Source: an endosymbiont of Galathealinum brachiosum (lineage in GTDB: Bacteria > Pseudomonadota > Gammaproteobacteria > SZUA-229). Taken from it: 64,000 nucleotides of DNA. Of the stretch, positions 1 to 9,450 are shown one piece after another; positions within the stretch are counted from its first letter, which is position 1, and each line of letters begins with the position of its first letter. The translations under genes and the position numbers were made by a program. The stretch lies in contig QFXC01000011.1 of NCBI GenBank assembly GCA_003349885.1, forward strand, positions 517,355 to 581,354, read 5' to 3'. Below the pieces are notes generated by a model. That model did not search any database and was not told the DNA's origin. It saw only the letters and a program-made list of their open reading frames with translations.

Positions 1-366
1 AACTATTTTGGGTGCCATATTTAACACCTGTTTGAAAATAGGTAATTTTTCCCAGGCGTCTTTCATGCCTTTTGGGGGCTCAGGTTCTTTAAGAAAAGCC
101 AGTAATTTTCCTACTTCATGTAATGCATCTACTGATTCCTCGCCCATGCCCATTGCAACCCTTTGAGGTGTGCCGAACAGATTAGCTAAAACCGGAACAG
201 ATGAATTTTTTACATTTTCAAAAAGTAAAGCAGGTCCTGAAGCGCGTAGTGTTCTGTCACAGATTTCCGTCATTTCAAGATAGGGGTCAACTTCAACGTT
301 TATACGTTTAAGCTCACCTTTCTGTTCGAGCTGTGTAATGAAATCACGGAGATCTTTATATTTCAT
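1..366 (-). CDS. ubiD: 3-octaprenyl-4-hydroxybenzoate carboxy-lyase UbiD, N-terminal part (gene continues beyond window start)
   Basis: Minus-strand translation from ATG at 364-366 gives [51 protein letters not shown]..., close to the E. coli UbiD N-terminus. The ORF runs off the window edge. Confidence 0.8.
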   Translation of the reverse strand, partial: MKYKDLRDFITQLEQKGELKRINVEVDPYLEMTEICDRTLRASGPALLFENVKNSSVPVLANLFGTPQRVAMGMGEESVDALHEVGKLLAFLKEPEPPKGMKDAWEKLPIFKQVLNMAPKIV

Positions 367-401
367 AAGTCAGGCTTAAATAAGTAGTTTATAGGGCAGG
401 G

Positions 402-683
402 TTATTTGTATATGCAGAGGTAAGCTGTATCACAAGCAGTTTTGACAAGAAAAGAAACATTTGCTTCAACGATAAACATTTCGTTTATAGCAATTTCTCG
501 CCAGTTATCTTCGTTTGGTAATTTAACGGACATTTCGCCACTGATTAATGTCATATGTTCAATTGAGCTGGTGCCAAACTCATAATCACCTGCAGCCATA
601 ACGCCCATTGTCGCCTTGTCATCGCCTGATTTAAAAGCCAGTGATTTGACCTTGCCATCAAAATATTCATTTACATCAAACAT
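402..683 (-). CDS. ppnP: pyrimidine/purine nucleoside phosphorylase PpnP (YaiE, DUF1255 cupin)
   Basis: 93 aa, MFDVNEYFDGKVKSLAFKS...YLCIYK. Length and motifs match E. coli YaiE/PpnP. Confidence 0.75.
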   Translation of the reverse strand: MFDVNEYFDGKVKSLAFKSGDDKATMGVMAAGDYEFGTSSIEHMTLISGEMSVKLPNEDNWREIAINEMFIVEANVSFLVKTACDTAYLCIYK

Positions 684-741
684 AATAGACCTGTGTTTAA
701 GTTTAAAAAGTGTCGATATTTTAGCATGACCTGAGAATGAG

Positions 742-1239
742 TTAAGCAGGATTGTGCCGGTGTTTCATTAAGCAGATTTTTTTTCCATTTTTCAGGTAAC
801 GGTTAAATTTGTCGGAAATAGCTTCTGGAGCAGAATCGACATCATAACTTATAAAATTAGCGGCTGAATAAAAGTCTGACAAGTGCGTGTAGGGGAAGCT
901 ATAACATTGTAGATCACTAAGCTGTGGTTGTATGTGCTTAAGAAGGGCGCTTCCTATCCCCGTTCGGCGCATATCAGCACTTACACACATGCTCCGTAAA
1001 AGATAAAAGTTGTTAACGGGGTGTAGTCTCAGAGCAGCAACTATCACATTATTTAAAGTGGCGATGTATATAAAGTCGCCTTTAGGAGCCTGGGCCCGCA
1101 TACCATTTTTTTTATAAAATGATTTTACTAATGGCAGGGTATAATTATCTGCCTGTTTGAATATAAGTAATTCAGAAGTGTTCTCTGATGGAGTATTAAA
1201 TAATGTCCCGTGCGTTTTGCTATCAGTGTCGCCGCGCAA
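742..1239 (-). CDS. GNAT family N-acetyltransferase
   Basis: Acetyl-CoA binding motif RRTGIGSALL (GNAT motif A). The start is uncertain: the ORF begins with TTG at 1237-1239 and overlaps the divergent tapT start by 37 bp. The first ATG is at 1099-1101, which would give only 120 aa. Confidence 0.55.
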   Translation of the reverse strand: MRGDTDSKTHGTLFNTPSENTSELLIFKQADNYTLPLVKSFYKKNGMRAQAPKGDFIYIATLNNVIVAALRLHPVNNFYLLRSMCVSADMRRTGIGSALLKHIQPQLSDLQCYSFPYTHLSDFYSAANFISYDVDSAPEAISDKFNRYLKNGKKICLMKHRHNPA

Positions 1240-1823
1240 AAATCACCTGCCTGTGTGGCCGCATCGAAAAACAGCCGAATGAAATAAAAATAGTGGTACT
1301 GCAGCACCCGGATGAGCGTAATAACCCAAAAGGTAGTGCAATCATAGCAGAACTGGGCTTACAGAAGTATCAACGATGGACCGCTGAGGACTTTAGTCAA
1401 CATGAAGAATTTAATGATTTCTTAATAAAGCATAAATCTGAGGTTGCTGTGCTGTATCCATCTAAAGATGCTATTGAATTAAATAAAAAATGGAAAAATA
1501 AGGATGGATGGAATCCGAAGTATTTGATTGTGATTGATGCAACCTGGCGTAAAGCGAAAAAAATATGGGAACTACAGCCTCTTTTGCATAAATTACCTGT
1601 TTTAAGGTTAACAGAGGAAGAATTTTCTAATTACCGAATTAGAAAGGCGCCAAAAGATGGTTATTTATCAACAATAGAGAGCATTGTCATCTCTCTAAGG
1701 GCGCTGGAATACAATTCTCAGGCTTATCAGCCCTTACTGGATCTGTTTGCAGAAATGATTGATTTTCAAATAGAAAAAATGGGTGAGAGGACCTATTTAA
1801 AAAATTATTTAGATAAATTGTGA
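1203..1823 (+). CDS. tapT: DTW-domain tRNA-uridine aminocarboxypropyltransferase (TapT/YfiP-like)
   Basis: 206 aa with an N-terminal Cys cluster (CYQCRRAKITCLCG) and a DxTW motif (VIDATWRKAKK). Matches the DTW/YfiP family. Confidence 0.7.
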   Translation: MSRAFCYQCRRAKITCLCGRIEKQPNEIKIVVLQHPDERNNPKGSAIIAELGLQKYQRWTAEDFSQHEEFNDFLIKHKSEVAVLYPSKDAIELNKKWKNKDGWNPKYLIVIDATWRKAKKIWELQPLLHKLPVLRLTEEEFSNYRIRKAPKDGYLSTIESIVISLRALEYNSQAYQPLLDLFAEMIDFQIEKMGERTYLKNYLDKL

Positions 1824-1900
1824 TTTTTTTTCAGATAGTTATGGAAAATAAGTCGAGCATCATATAGACTGCGCGCCTCTTTGCAGAAAGAGCTAATTGT

Positions 1901-1976
1901 GGGTGATTAGCTCAGCTGGTAGAGCGTCGCCCTTACAAGGCGAATGTCGGGGGTTCGACTCCCTCATCACCCACCA
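1901..1976 (+). tRNA. tRNA-Val (anticodon TAC)
   Basis: GGGTGATTAGCTCAGCTGGTAGAGCGTCGCCCTTACAAGGCGAATGTCGGGGGTTCGACTCCCTCATCACCCACCA forms a cloverleaf with a CTTACAA anticodon loop. Near-identical to E. coli tRNA-Val(UAC). Confidence 0.95.
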
Positions 1977-1978
1977 AC

Positions 1979-2055
1979 GGACCGGTAGTTCAGCTGGTTA
2001 GAATGCCGGCCTGTCACGCCGGAGGTCGCGGGTTCAAATCCCGTCCGGTCCGCCA
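1979..2055 (+). tRNA. tRNA-Asp (anticodon GTC)
   Basis: GGACCGGTAGTTCAGCTGGTTAGAATGCCGGCCTGTCACGCCGGAGGTCGCGGGTTCAAATCCCGTCCGGTCCGCCA closely resembles E. coli tRNA-Asp. It starts 3 nt after tRNA-Val. Confidence 0.95.
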
Positions 2056-2065
2056 TACAAATAAA

Positions 2066-2098
2066 AAAGGCCCCCCTGTTTTCAGGGGGGCCTTTTTT
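2066..2098. terminator. rho-independent (bidirectional) terminator after the tRNA pair
   Basis: aaaaaaggcccccctgttttcaggggggcctttttt: a GC-rich perfect hairpin flanked by an A-run and a T-run. Confidence 0.85.
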
Positions 2099-2388
2099 AT
2101 TTGTATGGATAACTGGAGAGCGTTGACGGGAGTCTATTTCGAAAAAATGCCTGAAGCATTTATAAGAACAACAGTACATAACTATCGGGGACAGACCTCG
2201 CTTTTTGAGCTCTGTCCCTTTAATCCATACCACCAGGAGTTGACAGGGCAAGTTACCGTCCCCGCAATGCTCTTGATAGCATCAAAGCAGGGTCCGGCTC
2301 GAGACTTTACCATTCATTTGAAAAATGACTAATTCAGTTAACCAATATCATTCAATATAAAAAGATTAACTATGACACAATACACATT

Positions 2389-2664
2389 ATGAAATCACCT
2401 GTAGATAAATTATTAAAAAAACATCAGAAGCTCAATCAGAGTGACATGATGAAAGTTGAGTCTCATGTGCAGCGTGAGTCAGGTGAATGGATAATTAATA
2501 CACTGATGATTGAAGGTTATGCTGTGCCTTTTAAATATAAACGTAAAAAGATGTATAAAGACCTGAAAGGGCAGCGGGTCAATTTAACATATTACACGGA
2601 AACAGAAAATGTAGCAGGGATGGAAATAGAAGTGATGAACGTGGTAAGAATAAAAGTCTCATAA
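2389..2664 (+). CDS. hypothetical small protein (91 aa)
   Basis: ORF only. No motif recognised. Confidence 0.35.
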   Translation: MKSPVDKLLKKHQKLNQSDMMKVESHVQRESGEWIINTLMIEGYAVPFKYKRKKMYKDLKGQRVNLTYYTETENVAGMEIEVMNVVRIKVS

Positions 2665-2741
2665 AAAGTCAATTATTATAGTGGTTTTATTTGGTTAGTA
2701 GTAAAAGGTATAAAAATTGTTATTAAGGTTTTTTCTGTTAG

Positions 2742-3779
2742 TTACTGAGTTTTTTCCAGACTTTGTATTTTCAGGCTTACTTTTTTAGCACGATTAATTA
2801 ACTGAATTAGCTCTTTGTTTTCAGGTTCTAGTTGAGCGGCCTGTTGCCATATTTTTAGTGCATCATCTATTTTGTTTTCACTGTAAAGTGTTTTCCCAGA
2901 AGATATTTTATTAGCTACAAGTTTACTAATTTCAGAATTTAGTGTGGACAGCAGTGCTTTTGCTTTTTCATGTGAAGGAGTCACGGTAAGCAAAGCACTA
3001 AGGTGGCTTTGTGCTTTATTGTACTCATGTTTATTATATGTAACTTCATATAAATCCAGCAATTCTTTCTGACGTTTTTTTATAGATTTATCTTTTAACT
3101 GTGCATTTATTTTACTAAGCCATAATTGTTTTTGTTTAGAGGGCGCTAGATTATCTGATAAAGCATAACAGTCTCGAGCTATTTCATATTGCATATTTTT
3201 TCTGGCCTGATCGCCACATCTTTTTAGATGGCTGGCCACATCAGTTCTATCGGCATTGTATCGATCTATATCAAACTGAGCATTATAGTCATAGGGTATA
3301 AGTTTATGAAGTTTGTCATATATTTTTCGATAAGAAATTAAAGAGTGTGCTCGTTTCATGAGCATATCTTTTTTCAGGGCCGTAATTTGTTCATCTCTTT
3401 CGCGAAGCAGGTTAGATCTTTCATGGGTTAATCTGGGCTCGTCCTGAATTTTTTCCAGGGCATCATCATAAACATTAAGAGCTTGTTGCCAATCATTAGA
3501 TGATTTTAATTTTTGCGCGTTAACGGAGGTTTTTTCTATGAATTGATTTTTATTGACGACTATAGTTTCAGTTTTATCCAGAATAGATTTGAATGCTTTA
3601 TCGTTTTTATCAATGTTCTGTAGTGCGTTATCAATTTCATCGTATTCGTTCTGGGTTAACCATTGTTTTAAGTCATGATCTAGTGATTCAGGTGTTTTAT
3701 GCAATAGTGAGCAGGCTGGCATAAGAAAATATGCAAACATGAGAATAATAATCTGACAATTTTTTGTTAAAATATTCAA
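2742..3779 (-). CDS. putative lipoprotein / secreted TPR-like, coiled-coil protein
   Basis: N-terminal signal peptide ending ...FLMPAC (possible lipobox Cys), then a helical repeat-rich sequence. Its start overlaps the stop of the upstream cyclase gene by 4 nt, suggesting an operon. Confidence 0.5.
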   Translation of the reverse strand: MNILTKNCQIIILMFAYFLMPACSLLHKTPESLDHDLKQWLTQNEYDEIDNALQNIDKNDKAFKSILDKTETIVVNKNQFIEKTSVNAQKLKSSNDWQQALNVYDDALEKIQDEPRLTHERSNLLRERDEQITALKKDMLMKRAHSLISYRKIYDKLHKLIPYDYNAQFDIDRYNADRTDVASHLKRCGDQARKNMQYEIARDCYALSDNLAPSKQKQLWLSKINAQLKDKSIKKRQKELLDLYEVTYNKHEYNKAQSHLSALLTVTPSHEKAKALLSTLNSEISKLVANKISSGKTLYSENKIDDALKIWQQAAQLEPENKELIQLINRAKKVSLKIQSLEKTQ

Positions 3780-5266
3780 CTATCAGTCTCATCAGAAATA
3801 TTTAAGATATTATCTAGTTGTTTTTGCATGATTTTTTCCTGTTCAGGAACCATATTATTAACAAGCCAGGTTGATACAGGCAGTTCTTTACCGCGCACAC
3901 GAATTATTTTATGTTTGTTAGCCAGTATCTGTGTCGATATATTATTCTGTTGGTATAACTCTTCAAGAATGAGGATCTGATCACTTTCAGCGATGCCTGC
4001 GAGTCGTGAAGCAATATTAACCGGGTCTCCTATTACAGTGTATTCCATTCTATCGCTTGATCCAAGATTGCCAGCTATCATGAGTCCGCTATTAACACCA
4101 ATTCTAAAATGAATAGGAATTTTATTCTGTTTCTGGCGTATTTTATTAAGCCGGTAAACGGTTTCTCGAATCATAATGGCGCAGTTTATAGCGTTGAGGC
4201 TATGATTATCCGAAGAGTCGGGTACGCCAAAGACAACCATCGCACAGTCCCCCATAAATTTGTCTATGTGGCCATTGTATAACTGGGCAATACTTGATAT
4301 ATGTGAAAAATATTCATTGAGTAAATTGGCGATTTCTTCTGGTGGAAGCTTTTCAGATATACTGGTAAAGCCAACAATATCAGCAAATAAAACGGATGCA
4401 TCAACGTGTTTTCCACCCAGTTCTACATCATTTAGATTTTGCAAAACTTTTTCTGCAACATTGCTGGAAACGTAACGTGAAAATACATCTTCAACCTGTG
4501 TCTTTTGTAATAGTCCATGAGCCATCTGGTTAAAAGCACAGGCAAGCTCACCGATTTCATCATTACGCCGTTCATTTAAACGGTATTCAAAATCACCAGA
4601 GCCAATTGCTTTACTTGCATCGACCAGGTTATGTATAGGCTTGGATAAGTGCCGACTCATAACAAAGGCAAGTAAAATGGCAATCAGGCTCATCAATAGT
4701 GTTGCAAAAATAATTACGAAACGAGAGTTTTTTAAAGAATGAACCATTTGCTGTTTGCTGAAAGTGATAATGACATGTCCAGCGACAAGCTGCTTGAACT
4801 TGATAGGACTATCAAAGCATATCAGTTTGTCTTGAGCGTTTTTAACAGCGGCCCACTCAAAAATATGTGCTGTATTTTTATTGCCTAATTGATGCTGAAT
4901 ATAACTAATAGAGGGTGTTAAGCCATTATTGGCCAGAATTTTTTTCTGATCAGATATAATCACAGCGCCTTTTATCTGGTTATTGTCTACAAGATTGTTT
5001 ACCAGTGTTTGTAAGCCAAGATTGTCATCTGATAAAACCATTTCTGCAGCGCTAATTGAAACCTGTCTTGAAAGTGCAGAACCTATATTATTAATTTGCT
5101 GGCTCAAAACCATTTTCTGGTTTTCTAGTATGATAAATCCGAGCGTTGACATGCCGCTTACAATTAATATTGTAATGGCAATGGCGAGCTTTATGGCAAT
5201 CGGGACTCTTATTTTAAAGCGCTTGTCATCGTTTTTTTCAGGTGTCTGTTTTATGTTCTGATCCAA
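3776..5266 (-). CDS. membrane class III adenylate/guanylate cyclase with HAMP domain
   Basis: Two TM segments, a HAMP-like segment (DASKAIGSGDFEYRLNERRNDEIGELACAFNQMAHGL) and cyclase motifs (VLFADIVGFT..., KFMGDCAMVVFG, GDPVNIASRL). Confidence 0.75.
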   Translation of the reverse strand: MDQNIKQTPEKNDDKRFKIRVPIAIKLAIAITILIVSGMSTLGFIILENQKMVLSQQINNIGSALSRQVSISAAEMVLSDDNLGLQTLVNNLVDNNQIKGAVIISDQKKILANNGLTPSISYIQHQLGNKNTAHIFEWAAVKNAQDKLICFDSPIKFKQLVAGHVIITFSKQQMVHSLKNSRFVIIFATLLMSLIAILLAFVMSRHLSKPIHNLVDASKAIGSGDFEYRLNERRNDEIGELACAFNQMAHGLLQKTQVEDVFSRYVSSNVAEKVLQNLNDVELGGKHVDASVLFADIVGFTSISEKLPPEEIANLLNEYFSHISSIAQLYNGHIDKFMGDCAMVVFGVPDSSDNHSLNAINCAIMIRETVYRLNKIRQKQNKIPIHFRIGVNSGLMIAGNLGSSDRMEYTVIGDPVNIASRLAGIAESDQILILEELYQQNNISTQILANKHKIIRVRGKELPVSTWLVNNMVPEQEKIMQKQLDNILNISDETDS

Positions 5267-5529
5267 ATGTTACTCATTCGCTAAATTATATTAACCGGCT
5301 GAAATCATAGCATGTCTGGGTATGAACAGGTTTCTATTAATTATTTGAAATAGTTTGAACTAATTTAAAATAAATTCGTCTTAATATTTGCAAGCCAGCA
5401 AAGTTGGACAGGGGAGATGGTTTGTCCCTGTCCGTTTTTTGTCTGATTCTCGTTAGAGTAAAAATATCCCAGTTTGTTCCATTTCTTGTCTAGAATGTTT
5501 CTATATGCCCTATTTACAGAATTCGTTCT

Positions 5530-6429
5530 ATGCAGCCAATACTTCAGGTAAATCAGTTATATAAGCAATTTAATCGGTTAAAAGCGGTTAATGGTATTAG
5601 TTTCGACGTGCCAGAAGGAATTTGTCTTGGCCTGTTAGGTCCAAATGGTGCGGGTAAGACTACTACAGTAGAGATGCTGGAAGGTATTAAAAGTCCAGAT
5701 AAGGGAAGTATACTGTACCGTGGAAAATCGCTGGATTCCGAGTTTAAAAACAGGGCGGGCATTATGTTTCAGTCTACCGCACTGCAGGACTTCATAACCG
5801 TGCGTGAGTCTCTTGAGCTATTTCAACAGTTATACCCGAAAGTATCAAATTTAGAGCAAATTATTACGGACTGTGCATTAAACGGTTTTTTAGATCAGGA
5901 TACAGCAAGTTTAAGTGGTGGCCAGCGCCAGCGCGTATTGCTGGCTATTGCAATGGTGAATGATCCGGAGATTATTTTTCTTGATGAGCCGACAACAGGG
6001 CTGGATCCGCAGGCACGTCATAATTTCTGGCGATTAATTGAGAAGATTAAACAGCAAAATAAGACAGTCGTGCTGACTACCCATTATATGGAGGAGGCTT
6101 ATGAGCTTTGTGACAAAATTATCATTATGGACCATGGTGAAATAATAGCTGAAGGCACACCGGATGATTTGCTGTCAGAGCATTTCAATGATGTTGTGAT
6201 ACAGATGCCTTATTCTACTGCTCTTGAAATGTTACTTGAGCGGCTAAATAGCAGAGGAGTGCTTAGTTTTAGTTGCGAGCAGAAGCAGATTGAAATATGT
6301 ACTTCAGACGTGAATCAGGCAATTGAATTGCTGCTCGCAGCAGATATTTCGCTGAATGGCTTACAGATAAGAGAGCGAACGCTAGAAGATTTGTTTCTTG
6401 AGCTGACAGGTAAGGGGCTCAGGCAATGA
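5530..6429 (+). CDS. ABC transporter ATP-binding protein
   Basis: Walker A GPNGAGKTT, ABC signature LSGGQRQRV, Walker B IIFLDEPTTGLD. Confidence 0.85.
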   Translation: MQPILQVNQLYKQFNRLKAVNGISFDVPEGICLGLLGPNGAGKTTTVEMLEGIKSPDKGSILYRGKSLDSEFKNRAGIMFQSTALQDFITVRESLELFQQLYPKVSNLEQIITDCALNGFLDQDTASLSGGQRQRVLLAIAMVNDPEIIFLDEPTTGLDPQARHNFWRLIEKIKQQNKTVVLTTHYMEEAYELCDKIIIMDHGEIIAEGTPDDLLSEHFNDVVIQMPYSTALEMLLERLNSRGVLSFSCEQKQIEICTSDVNQAIELLLAADISLNGLQIRERTLEDLFLELTGKGLRQ

Positions 6430-7433
6430 AATGGAGTCGATTTATTAGTGTGTTGAGGGCGAGAGACAGGGAGTTTTTGCGTGATAGAAGTGCGCTCGCC
6501 TGGAATGTCATATTTCCATTATTAATTATCTTTGGTTTTGCTTTTGCATTTACCGGAGATCAGTTAACTCAGTATAAAGTGGGGGTTGTAAATCAGACTG
6601 ATGATGCGCAACTCGATTTCTACAGGTCTGAGTACATACAGTTTATACCGATAGTGGTAGCTGATAAAAATTCGGCTATTGATAAAGTGAAACGGCATCA
6701 GTTAGATATGCTGTTAGATGCAAAAGAGCGGCGTTATTGGGTGAATGACAGCTCTCCATCAGGTTATATGATAGAGAAAGTATTATCAGGCAGTGGTGGT
6801 GCAGGGTATCAGAAGCAGTTAGTGCAAGGTAAACAGATACGTTACGTTGACTGGCTCATTCCCGGTGTACTCGGTATGAATATGATGTTTAGTGCCCTGT
6901 TTGGCGTGGGTTATGTTGTTGTTCGATATCGAAAAAATGGCGTGCTTAAACGGCTTAAAGCAACCCCATTAAGTGCATTGGAGTTTCTATCTGCTCAGGT
7001 AGTATCCAGGTTGTGGCTGATTATGGTCATTACCACGGCCGTATTTATTGGTTGTGACCTCTTAATTGGCTTCGCTATGCATGGAAGTTATGTCAATTTA
7101 TTCATAGTATATGTGCTGGGAGCCTTTTCTATGATCAGTATGGGGTTGATAGTGGCTGCGCGCGTTAAATCAGAAGAAATGGCGGGAGGGCTGTTAAATA
7201 TGCTTTCCTGGCCTATGATGTTCTTATCTGGCGTCTGGTTTTCACTGGAAGGGCTTCATCCCTGGGTTCAAAAGATGGCACTGATATTCCCTCTTACTCA
7301 CATAACCCATGCAGCGCGTGGTATAATGCTGGACGGAGTCGGCCTGTTAGCTATATTGCCAAATCTGGTTTCTCTACTCGTTATGAGTGTTATTTTTTTA
7401 CTGCTAGGTGTGCTTTTATTCCGTTGGGAATGA
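6426..7433 (+). CDS. ABC-2 type transporter permease
   Basis: 335 aa hydrophobic multi-TM protein. Its start overlaps the ATPase stop by 4 bp, as expected for a translationally coupled permease partner. Confidence 0.7.
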   Translation: MKWSRFISVLRARDREFLRDRSALAWNVIFPLLIIFGFAFAFTGDQLTQYKVGVVNQTDDAQLDFYRSEYIQFIPIVVADKNSAIDKVKRHQLDMLLDAKERRYWVNDSSPSGYMIEKVLSGSGGAGYQKQLVQGKQIRYVDWLIPGVLGMNMMFSALFGVGYVVVRYRKNGVLKRLKATPLSALEFLSAQVVSRLWLIMVITTAVFIGCDLLIGFAMHGSYVNLFIVYVLGAFSMISMGLIVAARVKSEEMAGGLLNMLSWPMMFLSGVWFSLEGLHPWVQKMALIFPLTHITHAARGIMLDGVGLLAILPNLVSLLVMSVIFLLLGVLLFRWE

Positions 7434-7496
7434 AAGTCATATACTCTCCCCCAGAAAAGTGTATTTGCGTAGCAGATATTGTATTGAGGTTAAAAC

Positions 7497-7892
7497 ATGT
7501 TTCATTTAAGTGAAGAACGACAGGTTCTGCTAACGCAAAAAATTATGAGTAGTCTGGATGAATGGGGGCTTTGTGCCGCAGATCAGGTAACTGTTCTAAA
7601 TCTGCCAGAAGGTGTTCGTACGCGTAAATTACGTGCATTTCATGAAAATACTCCGTTGCCAAATGATGATAACGTTGAGTTCAGGGCAATTCGTATTCTG
7701 GGTATTATTGATGCTTTACGCACAACCTATCCGAAAAATGAAATGATGGGTGCTCGTTGGATGAAAAAACCGCATCGTCGTTTTCAAAACCGTCCACCGC
7801 TTCAGGTGCTGGTTGAAGAGGGTAATACAGGGGTAGATAGCGTATTAGCCGAACTGGATTGCTCATACGCCTGGGAGCTAAGTGCTAAATAA
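7497..7892 (+). CDS. hypothetical protein, DUF2384-like (Xre/MbcA/ParS antitoxin C-terminal domain-like)
   Basis: 131 aa. The C-terminal ARWMKKPHRRFQNRPPLQVLVEEGNTGVDSVLAELD resembles the toxin-binding domain of ParS/MbcA antitoxins. No RES-domain partner is adjacent. Confidence 0.35.
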   Translation: MFHLSEERQVLLTQKIMSSLDEWGLCAADQVTVLNLPEGVRTRKLRAFHENTPLPNDDNVEFRAIRILGIIDALRTTYPKNEMMGARWMKKPHRRFQNRPPLQVLVEEGNTGVDSVLAELDCSYAWELSAK

Positions 7893-8205
7893 CCATTTTG
7901 CTTTTTATCCCGGGAAGGCTCATCTCTGCATTAAAGAGCATGTGATTAGCGTTACGAGTATGTTTTTTAAAGTAACCATCGGCCTTTCTGGGTTAGGCAG
8001 AGTGATTAATGGCATTATCTACAGCTTTTTCGTTCGCATCGTTGCTGTGAAGCGAGATATTGTTTAAATTCTTGATTAAATCACCGGCAATTATCTTTTC
8101 TCCTGTCTATACTCTTTTCCATACTAATAATAATTTTTTAAATTTCTGATTTGTGCTTAACGGGATTGTTGGCACTGTCTATTTCACGTAATTGGGTAAT
8201 CTATA

Positions 8206-9408
8206 ATGGAAATAACAACTACTATTCTATTATTGGGCTTTGTAGGCGCTCTGGTAATGGGTTTTGTTGCTCATAAAACAAATTACTGCACCATGGGTGG
8301 GGTTTCTGACTGGATTAATATGGGCAATACTGCTCGATTAAGTGCCTGGTTTTTCTCTATCGCTATTGCAGTTTTCGGTGTTCTTTTTCTTCAAAGTTTC
8401 AATGATGTTTCTGTCGAGAGTACTTTGCCGCCTTTTCTAACGGCTAATTTTGCCTGGCTTAGATATATAGTGGGTGGTCTTATGTTTGGTATAGGTATGG
8501 TACTTGCCGGAGGTTGTGGAAATAAGACACTGGTAAATATCGGAGGGGGAAGTCTTCGTTCATTGTTTGTTTTATTGATAGCATCAATAATGGCTTACCT
8601 GATGACTAAAACGTCTTTCTATGAAATGTTCTTTCATAGCTGGGTGAGTGCTACGAGTATTAACCTTGCTGACTTTGAAATTCAGAACCAGTCTATTGAT
8701 CATTTAATTTCTGCTTTAACAGGTATGGAGCCTTCGACAAGTATTCATAATATTGTTGGTGCTTTATTAGGTGCTACTTTTTTATACCTGGCATTACGTT
8801 CTAAGCATTTCAGAAAAAACAGACAGTTAATGGCTGGTGCTGGCATTATTGGTTTAATGATCGTTATGGCCTGGTATGTAACAGGTGGTAGCATGGGGCA
8901 GGAAGCTATTGAAACGGTTGAGTGGCTGGATGAGAGACCAGTTGGTGTTGGTGTTCAGTCGTATACATTTATAAATCCGATGGGTGATACGCTTGCGTAC
9001 CTAATGGATCCCGGCAACTTGCTTTTGATTAGTTTTGGAGTCGTAGCATTACTAGGTGTAATATTAGGTTCATTAATTTATTCATTGATAGCCGGCAAAT
9101 TTCGTATAAGTGCTTTTTCTTCAAAAGAAGATTTTATTAAACACTTAATTGGCGGAATCTTAATGGGAGTTGGTGGTGTATTAGGTATGGGATGTACCAT
9201 TGGGCAGGGTATAACAGGTGTTTCTACTCTGGCTTTTGGATCATTGCTTGTGCTGGGTTCAATTATTTTTTCTGCAGCGCTGACAATTAAGATCACATAT
9301 TACAAAATGGCTTATGAAGAAGAAGCCAGTTTTATCGGGGCATTTATTAGTACGCTGGTAGATTTTAAATGTTTACCTGAGTCAGTTCGAAGGTTAGAAG
9401 AACCTTAA
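8206..9408 (+). CDS. yeeE: YeeE/YedE family inner-membrane protein (thiosulfate/sulfur-compound transporter TsuA-like)
   Basis: Multi-TM protein with the two GGC-type half repeats (LAGGCGNKTLVNIGGG; GMGCTIGQG) typical of YeeE/YedE. Confidence 0.75.
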   Translation: MEITTTILLLGFVGALVMGFVAHKTNYCTMGGVSDWINMGNTARLSAWFFSIAIAVFGVLFLQSFNDVSVESTLPPFLTANFAWLRYIVGGLMFGIGMVLAGGCGNKTLVNIGGGSLRSLFVLLIASIMAYLMTKTSFYEMFFHSWVSATSINLADFEIQNQSIDHLISALTGMEPSTSIHNIVGALLGATFLYLALRSKHFRKNRQLMAGAGIIGLMIVMAWYVTGGSMGQEAIETVEWLDERPVGVGVQSYTFINPMGDTLAYLMDPGNLLLISFGVVALLGVILGSLIYSLIAGKFRISAFSSKEDFIKHLIGGILMGVGGVLGMGCTIGQGITGVSTLAFGSLLVLGSIIFSAALTIKITYYKMAYEEEASFIGAFISTLVDFKCLPESVRRLEEP

Positions 9409-9450
9409 TAAAATTTAATTTTAAATTATAAAAAATATTGGAGTAATTTC

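Noticed and set aside
1967-2332. Two ORFs (94 aa minus-strand, 109 aa plus-strand) overlapping each other
   Set aside because: They overlap the tRNA-Val/tRNA-Asp genes and the terminator hairpin. Their 'proteins' are translations of tRNA sequence (e.g. GFEPATSGVTGRHSNQLNY), so they are spurious.
7882-8067. 61-aa ORF downstream of the DUF2384-like gene, considered as a possible toxin partner
   Set aside because: No RBS and a hydrophobic low-complexity translation. Too short for a RES-domain toxin.
8160-8185. Sigma-54-like TTGGCAC-N5-ATTTC upstream of yeeE
   Set aside because: The -12 GC dinucleotide is absent (TC instead). Not a credible RpoN promoter.
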